25,820 nt of DNA, taken from positions 1-25,820 of the forward strand of contig JAOZPT010000038.1 of assembly GCA_029932605.1 (NCBI GenBank), read 5' to 3'. A program made the translations under genes and the position numbers. The notes beneath the pieces are model-generated. The model did no database searches. It was not told the origin of the DNA and worked only from the letters and a program-made list of their open reading frames with translations. This document shows positions 19,455 to 25,820 of the stretch, piece by piece. Origin of the DNA: Candidatus Zixiibacteriota bacterium. GTDB lineage: Bacteria > Zixibacteria > MSB-5A5 > UBA10806 > 4484-95. Position 1 is the stretch's first letter, and each line of letters opens with the position of its first letter.

Positions 19455-19523
19455 ACCCGGCGAAAATATCCAAAAGCGCCCATCTCGATGCGGGTGGGTG
19501 CGTTTTTGCGGCTTTTACTGGGT
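19455..19523 (+). repeat. Imperfect nested inverted repeat (intergenic stem-loop)
   Basis: ACCCGG/CTGGGT, AAAA/TTTT, CAAAA/TTTTG and GCGCCCATCT/GGGTGGGTGC arms; a GC-rich patch in an AT-rich spacer. Confidence 0.5.
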
Positions 19524-19570
19524 TGACGATGATGATCTTAGATAGATATCAAGCTTTGATTCGAGATTAG

Positions 19571-20515
19571 TTAATCCTCATCTATTTTCACCATAGATGC
19601 CCTTATCTTGCTTATCACAAACGGATGAGTTTCATCTTTAAGAGCTTTTCTCAAAACTTTTTCAGATTTCTTTATTTTACCCAGTGCTTCAGCCGTGAAT
19701 GCCCTTATCGCCCAATCATCGGATTTTATAGTCTCTTTGAATATATTTAAAGCCCTTGTTGAACCTATGCCGCCGAGAGCCTCAATAGCATAACCTTTAC
19801 TTATGTCGCCAGGTCCCGATTTAACGTAACTAATAAGTGGTTCTATTGCTATGTCCCCAAGCTCTATTAATGACCTGCAGGCACTGTATCGAACGCCATA
19901 ATATGGATGCGAAAGGGCGATGATGAGAACACCGGAATCTATATCCTTCTTGATATTACCACAAGCGACAGCGGCTGCAGTCGCCACAAGCTCGTCGTCA
20001 TCATTAAGACCCTTCATCACTGTTAAAGCGGCATCAGGGCTGGCAATTTTCCCAAGGGCAGTCATTATCCCGGCACGTGTGCGAAAATCATCATGACCAG
20101 CTAATTTCAAAAGCGGCTCGACAGCTCTGAGGCTTTTTATTTCACCCAAACATCGAATAGACAAACGGCGAGTGAAACCATCTTCAGAATCTAACATGGT
20201 TACCAATGAATCAACAGCCACCTCACCAATACCCTTAAATATATCCACGATAGTATGCATCTCCCGGGCATCGTGGGTGCCAAGCTTGGTAAGCATCTGA
20301 GACACAGCAGACTCACCCATCTCAATGAGAGCTTTTTTCGATGGTTCAACAAGGTCACGGTATTTAACCTCTCCTGACGAAGCGCGAACAAAAAGCGAGT
20401 CAACTATCTCAGCGGTCGTGGGAGCATTTTGAGCTTTAAGATTGGATAGCTGTAAAAAAGAGACGGCTCCAGTAAAAAGTATTATGAATATGCGTAGAGA
20501 AAATTTGGTTATCAT
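19571..20515 (-). CDS. Exported HEAT-repeat (PBS-lyase-like) protein
   Basis: Signal peptide ending LKA; repeats such as TRRLSIRCLGEI, TRAGIMTALGKI, VRYSACRSLIELG, IRAFTAEALGKI. ATG 20515 is preferred over TTG 20548, which overlaps the upstream gene. Confidence 0.85.
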   Translation of the reverse strand: MITKFSLRIFIILFTGAVSFLQLSNLKAQNAPTTAEIVDSLFVRASSGEVKYRDLVEPSKKALIEMGESAVSQMLTKLGTHDAREMHTIVDIFKGIGEVAVDSLVTMLDSEDGFTRRLSIRCLGEIKSLRAVEPLLKLAGHDDFRTRAGIMTALGKIASPDAALTVMKGLNDDDELVATAAAVACGNIKKDIDSGVLIIALSHPYYGVRYSACRSLIELGDIAIEPLISYVKSGPGDISKGYAIEALGGIGSTRALNIFKETIKSDDWAIRAFTAEALGKIKKSEKVLRKALKDETHPFVISKIRASMVKIDED

Positions 20516-20537
20516 GTAATCAAACCCACAGAATACC

Positions 20538-22391
20538 CTACTTGTCAATGCCTATCCCCCATTTCGAACCGCTCCACCAGGTTGAATCGGCGCCCTCACC
20601 ACCAGCATAGGTATCTTTAGCACCCCCTATATCCAGGAAAATACCAATAGAACCGTACTCACGGCGGGGGTTACCGTAACCCTGAGTGTTATTCGCTTTT
20701 TTCACCAGATAAGAGTCAATACCCTCAAGGTCAGCAATGATACCGATACCGTTGGCTGAACCCGCTCCTTGGGAAAGGTCGTAAGCTATATAATCATCAT
20801 CACCAAAGGCATCATAAAGCAGGCCAACCGCCCGATCATGTCCGCATCCCTGGGAAACACCCTTTGCTATATAATTGTCATTGCCGCCTGCATCGTATAA
20901 GCAACCAAGAGCCATATGGGTGGCTGAACCCTGGGCATATTGAAACGACAGATATTTATCGTTGCCACCGCCATCGGCCAATATACCCAAACTCCACCAG
21001 TAGGAACAACCCTGACCGAATATATCCGATTCGTAAGTATCGTTTCCTGATTTATCCACAAGATAACCAACGCCCCCTGACATATAGGGACGGATACCAT
21101 AAGCAAACCCCTGCGATAACGATAAATAATGGTCTTCATAGCGCAGGATATCCTTATATTTGCCCCCGGCGAAATAGTGGTCATTACCAGCATTATCAAT
21201 TAAAACACCAATACCCTCAACAAAACCAAATCCCTGTGAAAACAAAGCGGATTGATAAAAATCATCACCCTCATCATCACGCAAGATACCATAACCGAAA
21301 CAACCAGCGCCCATCGTGAAAGTATCTCCATAGTAATGGTCATTGCCACATTTATCCCATAATATGCCAGTTCCAAAAAATCCTGCCCCCAAAGCCCAGC
21401 TTCCAGCGAAGTAATTATCATCTCCGCTAAAATCTATCATAACATTTACACCCATAGCGTAGGGGCTTATACGGTTTTTGGGCATATTATAAATGTCGTT
21501 GCCGCCATAGTCGAGAATGAAGGTAAAATTACATTTACCCGACTTCTCTATGTTATATGTATCATCTCCACCATAATCGATAACAACAAACAGATCACCT
21601 GAGTAATTCTGAGAAGTTGAATCTCCGAGACATACTTTGCCAAATGGCGTCTCAAACTCAATATAATTAAACTTAAAATCATTTAAGTTTGTATCATTAA
21701 TTACGGAATCCTCAAATATGCTCATGAAAAACTTGCCCATAAGCGGAGCCGCTTCGGGCTCTATACGCTCTTTTGTGATTTCTGCTAACTGTGAGGCCCA
21801 CTCTTCTTCATAGTCCTGAATTGAATCAAGCTCATCAACACTGCGAAACTCATCCTCAACGTCCTCCTCAAGCAATATCGTAAAACCATATACCAAGGAA
21901 TCAAAATGTTCGCTATAATCTTCCCTGAAAATTACATCATTAGAATACGATTCGGTGCCTGAAATAAAAAACGCTAATCTATATAGAGTTGTCAAATCAA
22001 GATCGAGTGGTTTTGTATATTTTGCTACGACCTCTTGGGGGGCTGACCGATTCAAAAGATGAGATACGGGAACATTTAACGAAAATGCCGACCGGCGTAA
22101 GATACCGAAATACATATTAGAATAATCGGGAACCTCTCCATCAAGGAGATTCTGTGATTTGGAAACCATCTCCAAAGGAGAATACATAAAACTATCAATT
22201 AAAGAAATTCTGTAAACATCCTTTTCCAGGTAGTCATCCCTTAAAGACAAATCGGCATTGGTCATTTTCAAACCCTTCAATGCCAGACTAAGGTTTTCAT
22301 TAAAATCTCGATTGTGAATGGTATCCAAATCCTGAGCGCTTGCTGAAAGGCATAACCCAAGTATCAGAAAAACAAGCCGGACTTTTAACAT
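20538..22391 (-). CDS. Exported uncharacterised protein with about 12 Gly/Asp-rich 26-aa repeats
   Basis: Signal peptide ending ASA; the C-terminal half repeats D-x-x-G-[ND]-D-x-Y...[QLM]G-x-G...G-x-L. Confidence 0.85.
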   Translation of the reverse strand: MLKVRLVFLILGLCLSASAQDLDTIHNRDFNENLSLALKGLKMTNADLSLRDDYLEKDVYRISLIDSFMYSPLEMVSKSQNLLDGEVPDYSNMYFGILRRSAFSLNVPVSHLLNRSAPQEVVAKYTKPLDLDLTTLYRLAFFISGTESYSNDVIFREDYSEHFDSLVYGFTILLEEDVEDEFRSVDELDSIQDYEEEWASQLAEITKERIEPEAAPLMGKFFMSIFEDSVINDTNLNDFKFNYIEFETPFGKVCLGDSTSQNYSGDLFVVIDYGGDDTYNIEKSGKCNFTFILDYGGNDIYNMPKNRISPYAMGVNVMIDFSGDDNYFAGSWALGAGFFGTGILWDKCGNDHYYGDTFTMGAGCFGYGILRDDEGDDFYQSALFSQGFGFVEGIGVLIDNAGNDHYFAGGKYKDILRYEDHYLSLSQGFAYGIRPYMSGGVGYLVDKSGNDTYESDIFGQGCSYWWSLGILADGGGNDKYLSFQYAQGSATHMALGCLYDAGGNDNYIAKGVSQGCGHDRAVGLLYDAFGDDDYIAYDLSQGAGSANGIGIIADLEGIDSYLVKKANNTQGYGNPRREYGSIGIFLDIGGAKDTYAGGEGADSTWWSGSKWGIGIDK

Positions 22392-22397
22392 AAATCT

Positions 22398-22426
22398 ATC
22401 TTAATATACTCAAACCTACCTGTCAA
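22398..22426 (-). promoter_or_regulatory. sigma70-type promoter, likely leaderless mRNA
   Basis: TTGACA (22426-22421), 17 nt, TAAGAT (22403-22398), 6 nt, ATG 22391. Confidence 0.7.
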
Positions 22427-22475
22427 CAAAATAATGCAAATATGTTCAGTTGTTCTGTTTTTCCGAGATACTAAG

Positions 22476-23024
22476 TTATAGCAAAATCGTTTTCATACCG
22501 ATAGCAATCAGTATCAACCCACCGAGAATCATTGCCCGATGGCCGATTTTTTCAAATAAAAGCACACCGAGATACAGGCCGACGACAGTCATGCCGATGC
22601 AGACAATACCTATTATTGCAGCAGGTTTTACAATTGCATAGTCAACAACACCGAAAGCGAAACCAACCCCTAGCGCATCAAGGCTTGTAACGACAGATAA
22701 AATTATAAGGTTCCACCCCTTGGAGATGTCAAGAATATTTACTGGAACATCCTTTATACCCTCGCTTAACATTTTCCCACCAATTCCAATAAGCAAAAGA
22801 AATACCACCCAATTACCGAAACATCCAATCCATGTTGATAGAAATCTGCCGAAACCCCATCCCATTATGGGCATCATAAACTGAAATAAACCAAAATGCC
22901 AACCAAGACGAAATATTCGACGTGGAGTAAACCCCTGAGCCCCCGCCGCCAGAGCAACACTGAAAGCATCAAAGCCAAGGGCTATACTTATAAGTAATAT
23001 CTCAGAAAAAGGTGGGGAAATCAC
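22476..23024 (-). CDS. mntP: Manganese efflux pump MntP (YebN family)
   Basis: 182 aa, hydrophobic; ALGFDAFSVAL, FGLFQFMMP, IGGKML, TSLDALGVG, GGLILIAIG. Confidence 0.9.
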   Translation of the reverse strand: MISPPFSEILLISIALGFDAFSVALAAGAQGFTPRRIFRLGWHFGLFQFMMPIMGWGFGRFLSTWIGCFGNWVVFLLLIGIGGKMLSEGIKDVPVNILDISKGWNLIILSVVTSLDALGVGFAFGVVDYAIVKPAAIIGIVCIGMTVVGLYLGVLLFEKIGHRAMILGGLILIAIGMKTILL

Positions 23025-23819
23025 TTAGGGTTTAACTCCAGGCGGATAATATACAAAATCTAAAACTACTTTAAGAAGCGGTGGCTTACCCGTGATCTTT
23101 ACTACTTTTAATCGGGCAGTTCCACCATCGGCGGTTTTGAGAATATAGGTCTCACCCTTAATCAAAGGCTGTGTCTGCTCAAATGAGCCTTTAGCCAAAT
23201 TATCTACTTTGTTGATTAAAGTTATGCGTAAATCTGGATGCAAACGAGAAGGGCTAGAGATGCCCATCTTGCTGGATGTAGCATAGATGTAGAAATCGTT
23301 GTCGAAACTGCGAGCCTTGGTATATCTCTCCTTAGCAAAACTGTAACCGCTTTGTATGGTGGTGTGATTCTGTGAAATTTCAAGCCTGCCCTTAAAAAGA
23401 GGTGTGAATTCAACTCTCACCGAAGGGCGGGATAATTTACCATCTGGAAAAACCGTTCTGATAAATACATAATATCTCCGACCGTTTTCCAATCCCATAA
23501 GTTCAATTGATTCGAGGTTGATATCACCATCAGTATCGCCTGGATAAGGAGTTTTGTTATAAAGCCAACCTTCCGAATCAGAGGATTCGGCGATATAAAT
23601 ATTGTATCCGCTTATGGGACTATCTTCTTGCCGATATATTCGCCATGATAGAATTCCTCCCCGGTTTACAGGCTTAACTTTTAAATCATATGCCACATTA
23701 AACATTTTAAAGGCTGGCTTGGGACCACATGAGAAAAAAAACATTAACAAAATGAAAGGCGTTGATAAGCTTATAATGAATAAGTATCTATAATAAAACC
23801 TCTTATAACAACTCAACAT
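23025..23819 (-). CDS. Putative lipoprotein with FN3-like domain
   Basis: Hydrophobic stretch ending FFSC; LSW...ISGYNIY...GLENGRRYYVFIRTV...S.PS (FN3 pattern). Its stop abuts the mntP GTG. Start uncertain (23819 or 23822). Confidence 0.7.
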   Translation of the reverse strand: MLSCYKRFYYRYLFIISLSTPFILLMFFFSCGPKPAFKMFNVAYDLKVKPVNRGGILSWRIYRQEDSPISGYNIYIAESSDSEGWLYNKTPYPGDTDGDINLESIELMGLENGRRYYVFIRTVFPDGKLSRPSVRVEFTPLFKGRLEISQNHTTIQSGYSFAKERYTKARSFDNDFYIYATSSKMGISSPSRLHPDLRITLINKVDNLAKGSFEQTQPLIKGETYILKTADGGTARLKVVKITGKPPLLKVVLDFVYYPPGVKP

Positions 23820-23874
23820 CAAATCCTTTTAAATGTACTCTGATGATAGTATAAGTATTTCATCAGTGTTTCTA

Positions 23875-24594
23875 TTACTGGAACCCATAAAGGATCCCTA
23901 TTTGTAATTGTGTGGTGCTCAAGCTCAAATCGAAATTATCAGGCTGGCCAATGATCTGCGTGACGGGCATATTAACTTCTCCCAATGTCCAGTCAGCTCG
24001 AACGTCAGCATATAACTTTTGGGTCAACTTAACCTCACAACCAATAGAGAAATTGCCAGCTATAGCAGTTTTGATGTGCCTCTCGCTCCATTGTATGGTG
24101 TGGTCAAGGCGAAGAGAAAATATAGATATACCAGCAGCAATAAAGGGCACCAATGGTTGGTTATCATAAAATTCAAGGATTATAGGAACAGAACCGGTAA
24201 AAATGGCGACATTCATCTGAAGGTTCTGATAACCAACCCGCGCACCGTCATAACTTCTATAATAAGTCTTTTTAACTCTCATCGAGTGAAAAGCAAAATC
24301 GAAATCAAAGGCAAAATAACGAGTAAACCTGTTTCTGAAACCGGCGGAAAAACTGAACCCGCCATTGAAATCTTCCATGGTTTCGTTTGAAGAATAATTA
24401 TCCCTGTAATATTGGTTTATCCAATCGACATAATCATCAAAATAAGGGCCCTGTGTGTAACCCAGAAGGAAGTAAAATGACTTTTTGGAGAATGTCTCTG
24501 TATCCTGATAACGGATTTCCTGCTGGGCAATGGCAGGTAATGATATCAACAACACCATGAAAAAAACCGTCAGTATCGTTATATTTTTTTCCAT
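23875..24594 (-). CDS. Small outer-membrane beta-barrel protein (OmpW/OmpA-like)
   Basis: Signal peptide MEKNITIL...AIA; strands GFSFSAGF, LVPFIAAGIS, NFSIGCEV, terminal QLQIGILYGF. ATG 24594 is preferred; the TTG at 24630 is part of a -35 box. Confidence 0.75.
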   Translation of the reverse strand: MEKNITILTVFFMVLLISLPAIAQQEIRYQDTETFSKKSFYFLLGYTQGPYFDDYVDWINQYYRDNYSSNETMEDFNGGFSFSAGFRNRFTRYFAFDFDFAFHSMRVKKTYYRSYDGARVGYQNLQMNVAIFTGSVPIILEFYDNQPLVPFIAAGISIFSLRLDHTIQWSERHIKTAIAGNFSIGCEVKLTQKLYADVRADWTLGEVNMPVTQIIGQPDNFDLSLSTTQLQIGILYGFQ

Positions 24595-24601
24595 TGGCCT
24601 T

Positions 24602-24630
24602 ATTATCGGAGACAAATATTCCAAAGTCAA
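24602..24630 (-). promoter_or_regulatory. sigma70-type promoter, likely leaderless mRNA
   Basis: TTGACT (24630-24625), 17 nt, GATAAT (24607-24602), 7 nt, ATG 24594. Confidence 0.5.
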
Positions 24631-24769
24631 TAAAAACCGTGACCAAGTTCATATAGAAATTCAAAATTACCCCACATTTGAATGTTTTTCAATTGATATT
24701 GTTACTATTTTGGCTATGCGGCAGTATAATTTATAGTTTACTTTTCAGGATACTCAAAAAGCCAAAAAA

Positions 24770-25429
24770 TCAATCTCTTGCTCCATAGATATTCACAAGC
24801 ATACGAGCAATTTGAGAGGCCGCTTTCTCCAAGATCAACTTGCTCAAATTTTCTAGGGAATTATTTATCCCGTTCGAGGGAATAGCCTTATCGCTTTCGA
24901 TACGGACATCAATATTAAAATCCCTTATATCTGAAAGCAAAAAATCTATAGCGGAAAAATTAAGGTTCAGGATTATTGAAACCTTGTAACGTTTTTCCTT
25001 ATCACTTTTATTAGAAAAACTTCCATAAGGTAAAACATTAACGCTGGCAACAACATCTTTTAAATGCAATAGCCCTCTCAAATTTAGCGACTTTATATAA
25101 GTGTCTGAAGGTTTCTCTCCCAGATAGTCGGTTCTGAAAAACACCGCCTGCGAGGACAACTCTACTGCCTTAAGTATCCCTTGCCCTATGAATATATCCT
25201 TATAATCGATACAGCGTATTTCGGGTTCTGCACGTATTACTCTATTTATATCCTCAGTGGAGATATATATCCCCAGAGCACCATCGATTTTACTGTTTTC
25301 CATCTCGGGCCAGCTGAACTCCGGCTGTGGTTTAATATAACGAGCACAACCAACCGGTAAAAGTAAAATCACAACATATATAAATAGCCTGTTAACGTTT
25401 TTTTTGAAAATAACGGTAATGTTATTCAA
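24770..25429 (-). CDS. Hypothetical lipoprotein
   Basis: 219-aa ORF; basic N-terminus, hydrophobic core and LPVGC lipobox; no family recognised; start uncertain. Confidence 0.65.
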   Translation of the reverse strand: MNNITVIFKKNVNRLFIYVVILLLPVGCARYIKPQPEFSWPEMENSKIDGALGIYISTEDINRVIRAEPEIRCIDYKDIFIGQGILKAVELSSQAVFFRTDYLGEKPSDTYIKSLNLRGLLHLKDVVASVNVLPYGSFSNKSDKEKRYKVSIILNLNFSAIDFLLSDIRDFNIDVRIESDKAIPSNGINNSLENLSKLILEKAASQIARMLVNIYGARD

Positions 25430-25748
25430 TTTACAATAAACTTCCGTTACGTTTGTTACGCCAGATTACGAGTGACAACTTCATAAGTACACCAACATTA
25501 TCATATTAATCACTTTCCTCTTTGCATTCAAGGTATTTAACCATTAAAATATAGATTGATGTAAACTTAATTGTTCAAAATGACATTAATAGAAATTTAA
25601 GAGCTTATGGTTTTACCGACTGCTAACAGTAAGCTATACAAGAAGATAAGCAAGGTTTTTATTATATGAGAAAGATAGACCCTTGGTCATTGAAAAATCG
25701 CAGGCTATTGTTTCAATGATAACGAAAGAGGATGAAATAATAAAAAAA

Positions 25749-25820
<72 letters not shown>

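Noticed and set aside
20608..21583. CRISPR array, DNA tandem repeat or RTX toxin
   Set aside because: The periodicity is at protein level with diverged codons. The repeat is 26 aa, not the RTX nonapeptide, and no type I secretion genes are present.
809..24736. The many short ORFs nested in or antisense to long genes (e.g. 809-1171, 3900-4241, 14955-15356, 20864-21319, 24019-24390)
   Set aside because: They overlap well-supported genes and show no motifs or ribosome-binding sites.
25446..25460. Short direct repeat GTTACG-ttt-GTTACG upstream of the last lipoprotein gene
   Set aside because: Two 6-mers only; too short to distinguish from chance.
24770..25748. Genomic island next to tRNA-Phe
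   Set aside because: No integrase, att duplication or mobile gene seen.

Overview
A moderately AT-rich bacterial chromosomal segment, probably from an FCB-related diderm lineage (Zixibacteria-like; inferred from gene content and the YPNPFN-type C-terminal domain, not proven). Housekeeping genes are purL, murA, an lpxH-like gene, mntP and tRNA-Phe(GAA). Most of the rest encodes envelope proteins. These include a three-gene thiol-redox operon (TlpA-like CxxC protein, DUF6029-like beta-barrel with a C-terminal CxxxxC, Omp28-like CxxC protein with a sorting-type C-terminal domain), a peptidase/beta-propeller/Omp85 fusion, an EcxA-like metzincin, a 26-aa-repeat protein paired with an exported HEAT protein, and several lipoproteins. 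There is also an HDOD protein with an orphan HisKA-like helix, a frameshifted zinc-ribbon membrane-protein gene, and a partial DUF6754-like gene missing from the ORF track. Non-coding signals are clear: consensus sigma70 promoters (three positioned for leaderless mRNAs), overlapping divergent murA/lpxH promoters, and a long G-U-rich hairpin upstream of a GYD-domain gene. No CRISPR array, transposase or phage gene was seen. The best candidate for an undescribed system is the redox operon, read as a thiol-disulfide relay across the outer membrane. All family names come from motif recognition, not database searches.
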